DNA of 64,000 bases from Micrococcales bacterium (GTDB lineage Bacteria > Actinomycetota > Actinomycetes > Actinomycetales > Microbacteriaceae). Within the stretch, counting starts at the first letter, position 1, and every line of letters starts with the position of its first letter. Under the pieces are notes generated by a model, which searched no databases, had not been told where the DNA came from, and worked only from the letters and a program-made list of their open reading frames with translations. A program made the translations under genes and the position numbers. The stretch covers positions 9,071 to 73,070 of the forward strand of contig CANKLZ010000001.1 in assembly GCA_947483795.1 (NCBI GenBank). Direction: 5' to 3'. This document shows, piece by piece, positions 54,430-64,000 of this stretch.

Positions 54430-55791
54430 CTAATCCTTTGTGAGCATGGCCATGAACATGCAGTCTGTGTTGTCGCGGTGAGTATAGAGCTGAACAGTTT
54501 TCCTGTTCCTTGGAAGAGTGTCGCCCATTAGAACGTCGTTCAAACTAGAGGTCAGATCCAACACTCGAAGCCCCAGCGTTCGCTGAGCCTTGTCAACTAT
54601 TGCAACAGTTTCGGACAGATGAGGTGAACAAGTGACGTACAAAAGCGATCCGCCAGGTTTGAGAGCTTTGCTTGCACTTTCTAGCAACTCATACTGGAGC
54701 TGAGTGAGTGACTTCAAGTCTTCGGATGATTTGCGCCATCTCGCTTCTGGACGTCTACGAAGAGCTCCTAAACCGCTGCATGGTGCGTCGATGATTATGC
54801 GATCAAACATCTCTGGTTGCTCTGCCCCGAAATCTTTACCATCTTGAACTGTGACTTCGACATTGTCGAAAGGTTTAAGTGCATTTGAAACAAGTTTTGC
54901 GCGGTGCTCTTGCACCTCGTTGGCTACCAAAGTTGCCTGTGATTGTTTAGCGAGGGCCGCGAGAAGTGCAGCTTTTCCGCCTGGACCCGCGCACATGTCT
55001 AGCCACTTCTCTCCCTTGACAACGTCCTTGAATTTTACGAGGGCCAAAGCGGCAATTTGGGATCCCTCATCTTGCACGCGAGCAGTTCCGATTCTCACTT
55101 CTTGAATCTCGCCAGGATTACCTGATTCAATTGAAAATCCATATGGGCTAAAGCGATTGACTTGTATGCTTTGTTCTTCAAAATCAGCCAGGCTACTTAA
55201 CCCAGGCAAACACACAAGATTTACGAAGGCTGGATGATTGTTTGTAGCCAAGAGCTGCTCAATATCATTGCCCAACCCATCTGATGTTAGAGCTTGGCTT
55301 AGTGCGCGAACGATCCATTGAGGATGGCTGTATTGAATAGACAGAAACTCGATATTGGATGCTGCTTTGTCCTCCGCTAAATCAATCCATTGATCGAACG
55401 TCTTCTCGCTGACTCGACGAAGCACACCGTTTGCGAATCCCACGGCTTTCTCCCCAACCACGGAACGGATTAGATTCACTGCTTCATTAATGGCAGCGTG
55501 CGGTGGAATTCGCATCTTCAGGAGTTGGTGGCAACCCATACGCAAGGCATTCAACACCACCGCGTCGATCTCATCCACTGGCCTAGAACTCACCTGATTC
55601 AGCACAAAGTTGTAAGTGAGTTGCCATCTAATGGTTGAGAAAGCTAGTTCCTGAGCCAAAGCAGAATCTCTTGTGTTTAGCTTTGCCTCTTCGAGCAGAT
55701 TCGGCATAACCAAGTTCGCATAGCTGTCTTCGAAAGTTACTTTATTGAGTAGTTCAAGAGCCACACTTCTGGCGGTAATTGGAGCTCTCAA
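54430..55791 (-). CDS. rsmB: 16S rRNA m5C967 methyltransferase (RsmB/Sun, NusB-like N-terminal domain)
   Basis: QDEGSQ, DMCAGPGGK, DAPCSGLG, YVTCS. Confidence 0.9.
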   Translation of the reverse strand: MRAPITARSVALELLNKVTFEDSYANLVMPNLLEEAKLNTRDSALAQELAFSTIRWQLTYNFVLNQVSSRPVDEIDAVVLNALRMGCHQLLKMRIPPHAAINEAVNLIRSVVGEKAVGFANGVLRRVSEKTFDQWIDLAEDKAASNIEFLSIQYSHPQWIVRALSQALTSDGLGNDIEQLLATNNHPAFVNLVCLPGLSSLADFEEQSIQVNRFSPYGFSIESGNPGEIQEVRIGTARVQDEGSQIAALALVKFKDVVKGEKWLDMCAGPGGKAALLAALAKQSQATLVANEVQEHRAKLVSNALKPFDNVEVTVQDGKDFGAEQPEMFDRIIIDAPCSGLGALRRRPEARWRKSSEDLKSLTQLQYELLESASKALKPGGSLLYVTCSPHLSETVAIVDKAQRTLGLRVLDLTSSLNDVLMGDTLPRNRKTVQLYTHRDNTDCMFMAMLTKD

Positions 55792-56708
55792 TTCAGCACG
55801 ACCGGGTGTGATTGGCCATTTAGCCAGTCTCTTGCTTGCATAGTATTTCGGGAAGCTGGTTGGACATCCAATAGTTCAAGCGCGGTACCCTCACCACAAG
55901 TGACTAATACTTTCTCGCCAACTACACTCACGCAACCAACTTTGTCATCCACCTTCATAATTCCTAGAGATCGGGCGCTAAGAATTCTCATGGGTTCACC
56001 TTTGAAGTGACACCAAGCCATCGGCTCCGGGTTCATTGCTCTAACAAGATCCGACACTTCCTTGGAATCTTTGTGGAAATCGATTCTTGCTTCATCCCTC
56101 GATGTCTTGGGGGCTATCGTGATCTCCCCTTTTTGATCCATAAGAAGGTGAGTGCCAGAGTAAAGTCTCGGAAGTTCGGCGTTAAGAAGACTGACACCTA
56201 GTAATGCAAGTCTTGTGAGCAACTCTCCTGCGTTTTCATCTGGCTGGATAGTTGTAGGTACTGCTGAAAGGATTGGGCCAGTATCTAAACCAGCATCAAT
56301 CTTAAACAGGGTCACCCCTGTTTCGGTGTCTCCGTTTTGCAATGCTCGTTGGACAGGAGCAGCCCCCCGCCATCTCGGTAACATACTGAAATGCAGGTTG
56401 AACCAACCAACAGGTAGCGCAGCAAGTGCGTCATGGCGAAGTATCACTCCGTATGCAACTACGATCGCCAAATCAACTTGATGTTCAGAAATTTCTAAAA
56501 GCACTTCTGAAGTCAGCTTGTTCGACTTGATAACTGGTAGGTTTCGACGCAACGCCAGTTCTGCAACCGGTGACGGCGTAAGAAGCCGCTTTCTTCCTAG
56601 CGGTGCATCCTCACGACTTAGAACCGCGACCACTTCGTGACCTGCTATCAAGAGGCCCTCAAGTACAGTCGCTGCGGTTGCAGGCGTGCCCGCGAATAGG
56701 ATTCTCAT
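55788..56708 (-). CDS. fmt: Methionyl-tRNA formyltransferase
   Basis: FAGTP, VVAYG, NLHFSMLPRWRGAAPVQ, LDTG. Confidence 0.96.
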   Translation of the reverse strand: MRILFAGTPATAATVLEGLLIAGHEVVAVLSREDAPLGRKRLLTPSPVAELALRRNLPVIKSNKLTSEVLLEISEHQVDLAIVVAYGVILRHDALAALPVGWFNLHFSMLPRWRGAAPVQRALQNGDTETGVTLFKIDAGLDTGPILSAVPTTIQPDENAGELLTRLALLGVSLLNAELPRLYSGTHLLMDQKGEITIAPKTSRDEARIDFHKDSKEVSDLVRAMNPEPMAWCHFKGEPMRILSARSLGIMKVDDKVGCVSVVGEKVLVTCGEGTALELLDVQPASRNTMQARDWLNGQSHPVVLN

Positions 56709-56714
56709 CGATTC

Positions 56715-58586
56715 CTAGATTACTTTGCTGTCATCCATGTTTATGCGATATACGCGTTCACCAGGTTTCTTAGCCTTACTGGTTTTAGTTAGCTTCAAGG
56801 TTGTTGCGCTTAGTAACTCTGCAAGTTCAAGCCCGTATGAATATGAGTAATCAAGAGCAAGGGTGTTGGGGTTATCAACTTTCAGTTCTCTGGTCTTTCC
56901 AGATTCGAGTAGCGATGCCAGTTCCATGATCAAATTTTGGTGGTCTTCAGTGTTCGTACTCGTGACCGAAGCAATTCGAGTTTGTGGTGGTAAAGCCAAC
57001 TCAACACGATCTGTAAAGTCATCCTTGACTGCGCCATAGAAGTCGAACTCCAGCATCTTCGCTTCCAAAGAGTCCCTCAGACCAACGAAAATCACCGTTG
57101 CATTAGGTCTTGCTAAGGAAACCGCGTTTGCCCATTTACCTAGGCTCTGCTCTAAAGCTCTTAGCCTAGGAGCTCCGACCATTCTGGCAGCATCCGCAAT
57201 CAACACAACGGAGTATCCACCTTCCACTCTTGGCTCTGCTCCAGGGGTTGAGACCACAAGCAAAGAACCACCCGCGAGATTAGTTAGTCGGTTCTCACCG
57301 TTGGAGTGAAGAACAGTGGCCTCGGGAAAACTTCTCTCTAGCTGTTGCGCAATGGCTGATGAACCTAGGACGGTTGGCCTTGTTGCAGTCTTGCCACAAG
57401 AGCAAGGTGGCAGCGCTGTGTTTGTTTTGCAAGAACGGCATCTGAATAAACCTGACGGATCAATCCAGATTGAAGATGAGCAAACTGAACAAACTCGGAT
57501 TTCTCTGCACGAAACACATAGAAGAGAACTTGCCCAGCCAGCAGTTGCAATCTGAACTAGGACTGAATTGCCACTCTTGATGGCGTTACTGATTAGAGCA
57601 AATGATGTGGCGTCTAATCGGTCATTGAGTTCAGTAACGGTTGATTGGGGTTTAGGCCCGGAAGCTTTCAATGGAACCAAATGATCAATTTCAATAAGTC
57701 TGACAACCTCTGTTGATGGAGCGTGTGAAGCTATAACAAACTTTGCCTTCTCGAGCTCCGCCCTTTGCAAGAGCACCTCGCGAGAATGCCAGTAAGGCGC
57801 TGACTGTTCGATGTGTGATTCATCACCATCGTCCCAAAGCAAGATGAGACCCAAGTCCTTAGCGGGCGCAAAGCTGGCACTGCGGAGTCCGTAGTTGATG
57901 CCGATTTTTGTAGATGCGTAAAGGTGATTTAGGTGTCGTTGAGAACCAGTGTCGGAGCTCGCATGTCTGTAAGAGATTCCTTGTAGGCCAAGTGAAAACA
58001 AAGCTTCTTCGAAGCGTGCGAGTTCAGCAAAATCAGGTAACACCACAAGCGAACTTCTACCAGCTGAGAATTCATGCAAGGCGGCAAGAACGAATTCGCT
58101 CGGCCAGCCTGAACCAGATAAGTTACCAAGCAGCTCCGGCATGAAGTATGTTCGAGGATGCGTTTGGAGATGTTCGATTAGAGTGCTGGTGGCTGGCTTG
58201 TCAGAAAGTTCTAGAGAAAAGCTGTCGGAAGATCTAAATTCTTTCTCAATACGGGTGTATCGCTTTGGAATAGCTGTTGACAGCAATTCGCCAGTGGTTC
58301 CGGCCTGTCTCGCTGCAACAGAATGGCACAGAGCAAGTTGCTCTCTACTTAGAACCGAAGTAATTGAAGACACAGAAGTGATGGAAAGCAGCTTTTCTCG
58401 TTCACTAGAAACATCTGTAAGTCCACATAGCACTCCAGTCTTCTCTTTTCCACCCAACCCGAATGGGACCTGAACCAGGAAACCAAAGTCCAAAACAGCT
58501 GCAAGTCTATTTGGCACTAAATAGTCAAACTCCTTATCCAATTGGGGCAATGGTGAACTGAACCTTATTTTGGCAACTAAAGGCAT
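56715..58586 (-). CDS. priA: Primosomal protein N' (PriA), actinobacterial type with degenerate helicase motifs
   Basis: LDKEFDYLVP 3'-binding domain, RSASFAP, Cys-rich Zn motifs, ELALPP; position between metK and fmt. Confidence 0.85.
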   Translation of the reverse strand: MPLVAKIRFSSPLPQLDKEFDYLVPNRLAAVLDFGFLVQVPFGLGGKEKTGVLCGLTDVSSEREKLLSITSVSSITSVLSREQLALCHSVAARQAGTTGELLSTAIPKRYTRIEKEFRSSDSFSLELSDKPATSTLIEHLQTHPRTYFMPELLGNLSGSGWPSEFVLAALHEFSAGRSSLVVLPDFAELARFEEALFSLGLQGISYRHASSDTGSQRHLNHLYASTKIGINYGLRSASFAPAKDLGLILLWDDGDESHIEQSAPYWHSREVLLQRAELEKAKFVIASHAPSTEVVRLIEIDHLVPLKASGPKPQSTVTELNDRLDATSFALISNAIKSGNSVLVQIATAGWASSLLCVSCREIRVCSVCSSSIWIDPSGLFRCRSCKTNTALPPCSCGKTATRPTVLGSSAIAQQLERSFPEATVLHSNGENRLTNLAGGSLLVVSTPGAEPRVEGGYSVVLIADAARMVGAPRLRALEQSLGKWANAVSLARPNATVIFVGLRDSLEAKMLEFDFYGAVKDDFTDRVELALPPQTRIASVTSTNTEDHQNLIMELASLLESGKTRELKVDNPNTLALDYSYSYGLELAELLSATTLKLTKTSKAKKPGERVYRINMDDSKVI

Positions 58587-59779
58587 TACAGACCCACGGC
58601 AGTTTGTAGGTCAGAAACCTTGTTTATTCTCTCCCAACTGAAGTTAGGTAACTCGCGACCGAAGTGCCCGTAAGTGGATGTTGCCCCATAGATTGGCCTT
58701 AACAGGTCCAACTCGTCGATGATAGCTTTGGGTCTCAGATCGAATACCTCGAGCACTGCCTTCTCTATCAAATCTGTATCGACTGTATTAGTGCCGAAGC
58801 ACTCAACATAAAGCCCAACCGGTCGAGCTACCCCAATTGCGTAAGCGACTTGAACTTCAGCTTTAGTTGCTAGTCCTGCTGCAACCAAATTCTTTGCTAC
58901 CCAACGCATGGCATATGCAGCCGATCTATCTACCTTTGATGGATCTTTGCCGCTGAATGCACCGCCTCCATGGCGACTATAGCCGCCGTAGGTGTCAATT
59001 ATGATCTTTCGACCGGTTAGCCCAGCGTCTCCTTGCGGACCACCAATTACGAAGTTTCCAGTTGGATTGATAAGCAGATTGCACTCGGACATATCTAATT
59101 CGTAACTACTCAAGACAGGCTCAATAACATACTTCGATACAGCCTCGCTGATTTCCGCATTGCTGATGCCTGGATTGTGTTGGGTGCTGAGAACCACTGT
59201 CTGAACTGAGACGGGTCTATCCCCTTCGTATCCAATAGTGACTTGGGTCTTACCATCTGGACGTAAAAAAGGAATTTTGCCATTGTGCCTGACTTTGGCA
59301 AGTTGCTCAGCCAGTGAATGCGCAATCTTTATAGGCAGTGGCATGAGTTGAGTAGTTTCGGTGCAAGCAAAACCAAACATGATTCCTTGGTCGCCAGCTC
59401 CCTGGTTATCGAAAATGTCTGAGGATTTGCCTACTGAGATTTCGTGTGAGGAATCCACGCCCAAGGCGATGTCGGCAGATTGCCTACCAATAGATACGCT
59501 CACGCCACAAGAGCTTCCATCGAAACCTATGTCGGATGAGTTGTAACCAATCTCAAGTAGTTTGGATCTAACGATATCCGGAATCTCTGCATAACCTTCA
59601 GTTGTGATTTCCCCTGCTACGTGGACTAATCCAGTGGTCACAAGAGTCTCTACAGCTACTCTAGACAACGGGTCCTGTGCGATTAGGTTGTCCAGAATTG
59701 CATCGCTGATCTGATCACAAATCTTGTCTGGGTGTCCCTCAGTTACAGACTCGGATGTGAAGTACTTGATTTTATTCAT
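58586..59779 (-). CDS. metK: S-adenosylmethionine synthetase
   Basis: [35 protein letters not shown]. Confidence 0.98.
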   Translation of the reverse strand: MNKIKYFTSESVTEGHPDKICDQISDAILDNLIAQDPLSRVAVETLVTTGLVHVAGEITTEGYAEIPDIVRSKLLEIGYNSSDIGFDGSSCGVSVSIGRQSADIALGVDSSHEISVGKSSDIFDNQGAGDQGIMFGFACTETTQLMPLPIKIAHSLAEQLAKVRHNGKIPFLRPDGKTQVTIGYEGDRPVSVQTVVLSTQHNPGISNAEISEAVSKYVIEPVLSSYELDMSECNLLINPTGNFVIGGPQGDAGLTGRKIIIDTYGGYSRHGGGAFSGKDPSKVDRSAAYAMRWVAKNLVAAGLATKAEVQVAYAIGVARPVGLYVECFGTNTVDTDLIEKAVLEVFDLRPKAIIDELDLLRPIYGATSTYGHFGRELPNFSWERINKVSDLQTAVGL

Positions 59780-59788
59780 ATTCGAACC

Positions 59789-59811
59789 AGTATATCTTCG
59801 TCTGCTGACAA
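59789..59811 (-). promoter_or_regulatory. Putative RecA-NDp/PafBC-type promoter upstream of metK-priA
   Basis: Minus strand reads TTGTCAG-cagacgaaga-TATACT, i.e. TGTCRG-N10-TANNNT. Confidence 0.5.
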
Positions 59812-59822
59812 TGGTTTAGGAA

Positions 59823-61022
59823 TCAACCGAAGAGCTTGAAAATTTCGTCGAGAACGTCGTTGGCAACTTCGAGCTTTGTTCCCTTACTTAGCAATGAATC
59901 GCTATTGCTAACTATCATTACCGAGTTGTGGTCTTGGTCGAACACTGCTCCATGAGAAACATCGTTGGCAACAATCATGTCGACATTCTTTCTAGCCAGT
60001 TTCGCTTTTGCTCGATCGAGTAGTTCTGCGCTGTCTTGCGTTTCTGACAGTACCTCGGCGGCGAAGCCGACAAGAATGGTTGATAGCCCCAACTCCTGTC
60101 TAGTTTTGGACAGACCGGACAGTAGGTCAGGATTTGCAACTAGCTTCAGTTCCTGCTCTTGAGATTCTTGACGATTAAGCTTGCCACTTTCAACTTTGGC
60201 AACTCTGAAGTCGCTAACGGCAGCAGGCATCATTATTACATTTGAGGTTGGTAGCATCTCATCGAGGGCAGTTGCAAGATCTGCTGTCGACGATACGTTC
60301 CGCACTTTAGGAAAGCGTGAGAGATCGGCCTCGATGTTGATTGCAATCAGATTTACATCAGCTCCTCTAGCTATAGCAGCATCAGCCAAAGCCAAACCTT
60401 GCTTGCCCGAAGAGCGATTACCTATATAGCGAACAGCGTCTATAGGTTCGCGCGTTCCACCGGCGGCAATGGTTATTCTCTTGCCCGTCAAGTCACCTTT
60501 GGCGATCGAAGAAAGTGCGCCGGAGACTATTGCTTCAGATTCTGGAAGTCGCCCTGGTCCCGAGTCATCGCCGGTCAAGCGGCCAAAGGCAGGCTCGATA
60601 ATTTCAACTCCTCTTGATCTCAGAGTCTCAATGTTTTCTACGGTTGCTGGGTGTTGCCACATCTCGGTATGCATTGCAGGCGACACAACAACCTTGGCTG
60701 TTGTAGCCAACAAGACATTCAGTAGAAGATCATCTGCGATTCCATGAGCATAACGAGCAATGAAGGCAGCCGTTGCCGGTGCAATAACAACCAAGTCTGC
60801 TTCTTTTGCCAGTGCTATGTGCTTTACAGAATCGACATCGGTATAAAGATCAGAGTCAACGACGTTATGTGAAAGAGCTTCGAGGGTTGTCGCACCTATG
60901 AAACGCAAAGCGTTTTGAGTTGGAAGAACCTTTACAGTGTGACCAAGTTCGGTGAAGCCACGGATTACTCCTGCAGCTTTGTACGCTGCTATGCCTCCTG
61001 TGACACCAACCAGAATGTGCAA
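59823..61022 (-). CDS. coaBC: Bifunctional phosphopantothenoylcysteine decarboxylase/ligase
   Basis: GVTGGIAAYK, APATA, PAMH, REPIDAVRYIGNRSSGKQG, VGFAAE. Confidence 0.96.
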   Translation of the reverse strand: MHILVGVTGGIAAYKAAGVIRGFTELGHTVKVLPTQNALRFIGATTLEALSHNVVDSDLYTDVDSVKHIALAKEADLVVIAPATAAFIARYAHGIADDLLLNVLLATTAKVVVSPAMHTEMWQHPATVENIETLRSRGVEIIEPAFGRLTGDDSGPGRLPESEAIVSGALSSIAKGDLTGKRITIAAGGTREPIDAVRYIGNRSSGKQGLALADAAIARGADVNLIAINIEADLSRFPKVRNVSSTADLATALDEMLPTSNVIMMPAAVSDFRVAKVESGKLNRQESQEQELKLVANPDLLSGLSKTRQELGLSTILVGFAAEVLSETQDSAELLDRAKAKLARKNVDMIVANDVSHGAVFDQDHNSVMIVSNSDSLLSKGTKLEVANDVLDEIFKLFG

Positions 61023-61033
61023 GATTGCTCAGA

Positions 61034-61291
61034 TTACTCTTTGGCTTCAGCGGTGACTACAGCACCTTCGACGATTTCGCGCATTGCGATAGAAAGCGGC
61101 TTGTCATCAACAGCTGCGTCAACTAGTGGACCCACATTGTCAAAAAGCGAACCCTCGTGCAGTGCCGAATAGTAGTCATTGATCTGACGAGCACGCTTAG
61201 CCGCGAAAATAACCAAGCCATACTTTGAATCGGTCTTTGACATTAGTGCGTCGATAGATGGAGATATAATTCCTTCAAGTTTTTCAGACAT
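61034..61291 (-). CDS. rpoZ: RNA polymerase omega subunit
   Basis: [26 protein letters not shown]. Confidence 0.96.
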   Translation of the reverse strand: MSEKLEGIISPSIDALMSKTDSKYGLVIFAAKRARQINDYYSALHEGSLFDNVGPLVDAAVDDKPLSIAMREIVEGAVVTAEAKE

Positions 61292-61334
61292 TTCGCTACT
61301 TTTCCTTGTTTTTAGTGTGAATCAGACGGATTCA

Positions 61335-61883
61335 CTAAGTCTTCATCAAGTCTAAGACCTCTTGGGCACAATCTGCCACCTCGTCATTGATAACCACGTG
61401 GTCAAAAAGGCTCTTGCTACTCATTTCAACCTTTGCGGTTTCAAGCCTTATAGCTATCTCCTCGGCTGATTCAGTGCCTCTACCAAGCAGTCTCTTGTTG
61501 AGTTCCTCGAGGCTAGGAGGGGCTATGAAGATCAGGTTTGCATCAGGCATTGACTCTTTCACCTGCTGAGCTCCCTGGATATCAATCTCGAGAATCATCT
61601 GTTGACCAGCCTCTAGAGCTCGCTCTACTGGCTTTCTAGGTGTTCCATAGCGGTTGGTTTGATGCACCACTGCATATTCAAGTAGCTCGTTATCGGCAAT
61701 CATTTGATCGAACCGTTCATTCGACACAAAATAGTAGTGAACCCCATCGATCTCACCAACCCGTGGCTGTCTAGTGGTTGCTGAGACTGATAAAAGAATC
61801 TCTGGATGTTTATCGAGCAGGTACCTGACGACCGTTCCTTTTCCCACAGCGGTAGGTCCAGCGATTACGGTCAGTCTAGTCAT
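61335..61883 (-). CDS. gmk: Guanylate kinase
   Basis: GPTAVGKGT, SATTRQPR.GE.DG..Y.F, YGTP, EIDIQGA. Confidence 0.96.
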   Translation of the reverse strand: MTRLTVIAGPTAVGKGTVVRYLLDKHPEILLSVSATTRQPRVGEIDGVHYYFVSNERFDQMIADNELLEYAVVHQTNRYGTPRKPVERALEAGQQMILEIDIQGAQQVKESMPDANLIFIAPPSLEELNKRLLGRGTESAEEIAIRLETAKVEMSSKSLFDHVVINDEVADCAQEVLDLMKT

Positions 61884-61892
61884 GGATAAAGC

Positions 61893-62753
61893 CTATTTGT
61901 TCAAGGCTAAATGGAGAATTTCTTGGTCCTCGGTCACGCTGGTAGAAACATGGTGCATACCGTTTCTTAGTGCCGATCTGGAAACTGTATAAATAACATC
62001 GCCTGATAGTTCTTTGAAAATGAAACTGGCATTGGAGAGTTGAGCGCCTTGGTAGCCGAAGCCAGGAGCCAAAATAGGCGTTCTCAATTCAGCTCTACCT
62101 GTGTTCAAAGCAGCAAGCCCTAGCGATTGCAAATCAACAGTTGCACCAATAACCAAACCTAAGTTACCGAATATTCCCTTTGATGAGGCTGTAGCAGAGT
62201 TGAGCACAGAAACCTCTTCAGCAACTTGACGAGCGACCGTAACTCCTTCTCCAGTTGAAGACTGTAACCTCAAACCTTCCGGATTCGATGTAGCCGAAAG
62301 AGCAAACAAGCCCTTACCTCTTTCGCTCGCGAAAGCTAGTGCAGGTGCAAGTGAGCCAACCCCAAGGTATGGGTTAACTGTGAGCGCATCACAGATGAAT
62401 GGTGCTGCCTTGGCTAGCCAAGCCTGACCATATGCTTCCATAGTTGAACCGATGTCGCCCCTTTTAGCATCCGCAATAACTAGGAACCCTCGTTGATTCG
62501 CTTCCTGGAGCAATTTCTCGAGCGACACAAATCCAGCTGAACCGAACCTTTCGAAGAATGAAACCTGAGGCTTGATCATCGACACTGAACCCACTAGTTG
62601 ATCCAGCATCGTCAGCCCAAAGCTCAAGACTCCTTCGGCTGATACATCGAAACCGCTATCTGAGAGAAGCTCTTCATGCGGGTCTATGCCAACACAAAGT
62701 TGACCTTTAGATGCGAAAGCTGCTTCAAGTTTCTTGGAGAAAGATTCAGGCAA
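61893..62753 (-). CDS. pyrF: Orotidine-5'-phosphate decarboxylase
   Basis: [37 protein letters not shown] start at 62753 follows AGGAG (ORF track extends to 62906). Confidence 0.93.
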   Translation of the reverse strand: MPESFSKKLEAAFASKGQLCVGIDPHEELLSDSGFDVSAEGVLSFGLTMLDQLVGSVSMIKPQVSFFERFGSAGFVSLEKLLQEANQRGFLVIADAKRGDIGSTMEAYGQAWLAKAAPFICDALTVNPYLGVGSLAPALAFASERGKGLFALSATSNPEGLRLQSSTGEGVTVARQVAEEVSVLNSATASSKGIFGNLGLVIGATVDLQSLGLAALNTGRAELRTPILAPGFGYQGAQLSNASFIFKELSGDVIYTVSRSALRNGMHHVSTSVTEDQEILHLALNK

Positions 62754-64000
62754 GTGCTTCTCTCCTATCCTGAGCATGTTCTTGAAGTGATCTAACTTTG
62801 AAATCGCCGGCGATAACCGTTTCGAATGACCCGATAGCTGCCGATAACTGAGCAATAGTCGTGAAAATGGGAGCGTCAGCTGCTGTGGTTGCAGCCCTAA
62901 TTTCATAACCGTCCTTTCTAGCTGAAGATCCAGATGGAGTGTTCACAACGACATCAACTTCCCCATTGAGAATGAGCTCAACAATCGATGGTCCTGCTGG
63001 AGCATCATCGTCTGCAGAATGCTTTCTAACTATGCGTGCCGGAATACCGTGACGTTTCAGAATTGAGGCTGTTCCATAGGTGGCCAGGATCTCATAACCT
63101 AACTGCCACAAACGCCTAACGGGAAGAATTACCTGGTGCTTATCTCTGTCAGCGACAGATACAAAGATCCTGCCCGACTTAGGTATAGCACTTCCTGCGG
63201 CTGCCTGGCTCTTGGCGAATGCCGTTGGGAAATCAACATCAATACCCATAACCTCACCAGTAGATCTCATCTCTGGACCAAGCAGAGAGTCAACGAATTT
63301 GCCTTCTTTCGTAGCAAACCTTTTGAAAGGTAAGACGGCTTCTTTAACAGAGATGGCTGTTGTCTCTGGAATGTGTGTTCCATCAGTTGCCGGTAAGTGG
63401 CCTTCTTCGATGAGGTCGGCGATGCTTCTGCCAACCATTACTAAAGCAGCAGCCTTGGCAAGAGTTATACCGAGTGCTTTAGACACGAACGGAACTGTTC
63501 TGGATGCTCTTGGGTTAGCCTCTAGGACGTAGAGAATATCGTGAGCTAGAGCAAATTGAACATTTAGAAGACCCTTGACTCCAATACCCTTAGCAATCAG
63601 CTCCGTAGCCTCCCTCACCCTGTTGATTTGAGTGTGGCTCAAAGTTATTGGGGGAAGTGTGCAGGAGGAATCTCCTGAATGGATTCCTGCCTCCTCAATG
63701 TGTTCCATGACGCCACCAACATAGAGCTGTGCTCCGTCGTAGAGCGCATCGATGTCAATCTCAATTGCATCATCTAGAAATCTATCGACCAATAACGGAT
63801 GGTTCGGTCCGACAATTGCCTGATCGGCAATTCTGTCGAAGTAGCCTTCCAGTGCTTTCTCGTCATAAACAATTTCCATGCCACGACCACCAAGAACGAA
63901 TGATGGTCGAACCAAAACTGGGAACCCAATACGTTCAGCAATTACCTTGGCCTCAGGCAGGCTTGTTGCAGTTCCATTGGCTGGAGAAATCAAAGCTGCT
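62746..64000 (-). CDS. carB: Carbamoyl-phosphate synthase large subunit (C-terminal part; 5' end lies outside the window)
   Basis: [52 protein letters not shown] domain. Confidence 0.97.
   Translation of the reverse strand, partial: AALISPANGTATSLPEAKVIAERIGFPVLVRPSFVLGGRGMEIVYDEKALEGYFDRIADQAIVGPNHPLLVDRFLDDAIEIDIDALYDGAQLYVGGVMEHIEEAGIHSGDSSCTLPPITLSHTQINRVREATELIAKGIGVKGLLNVQFALAHDILYVLEANPRASRTVPFVSKALGITLAKAAALVMVGRSIADLIEEGHLPATDGTHIPETTAISVKEAVLPFKRFATKEGKFVDSLLGPEMRSTGEVMGIDVDFPTAFAKSQAAAGSAIPKSGRIFVSVADRDKHQVILPVRRLWQLGYEILATYGTASILKRHGIPARIVRKHSADDDAPAGPSIVELILNGEVDVVVNTPSGSSARKDGYEIRAATTAADAPIFTTIAQLSAAIGSFETVIAGDFKVRSLQEHAQDRREALA

Noticed and set aside
59780-59822. SAM riboswitch or LexA box upstream of metK
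   Set aside because: The gap is too short for a riboswitch, and only a single TCGAAC half-site is present.
61893-62906. N-terminally extended 337-aa PyrF overlapping carB by about 160 nt
   Set aside because: The TTG start at 62753 with an AGGAG RBS gives a normal-length PyrF; the extension is an ORF-calling artefact.

Overview
Core chromosomal segment of a streamlined, low-GC aquatic actinobacterium. Gene order and compactness point to Microbacteriaceae, probably a Luna-cluster Aquiluna/Rhodoluna-like organism (inference). The window is almost all housekeeping: ABC-F, bioY, suf, ctaA/ctaB, pentose phosphate genes, rbpA-secG-tpiA-pgk-gap, sodA-whiA-rapZ-uvrCAB, coaE, rpsA, polA, tRNA-Leu(CAA), pyk, gltBD, lgt, trp/his, rpe-rsmB-fmt-priA-metK-coaBC-rpoZ-gmk-pyrF and partial carB. 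I saw no mobile elements, CRISPR arrays or prophage. The best candidate for novelty is a stand-alone type-1 rhodopsin (94..801). It resembles Exiguobacterium rhodopsin (ESR) rather than actinorhodopsin, but has a DTE motif and Leu in place of the helix-B His. Other points of interest: a photolyase translationally coupled to ctaA, an HPr coupled to polA, a PafBC/RecA-NDp-type promoter in front of metK-priA, and recurrent leaderless promoters. All homology statements come from recalled family motifs; no searches were run.
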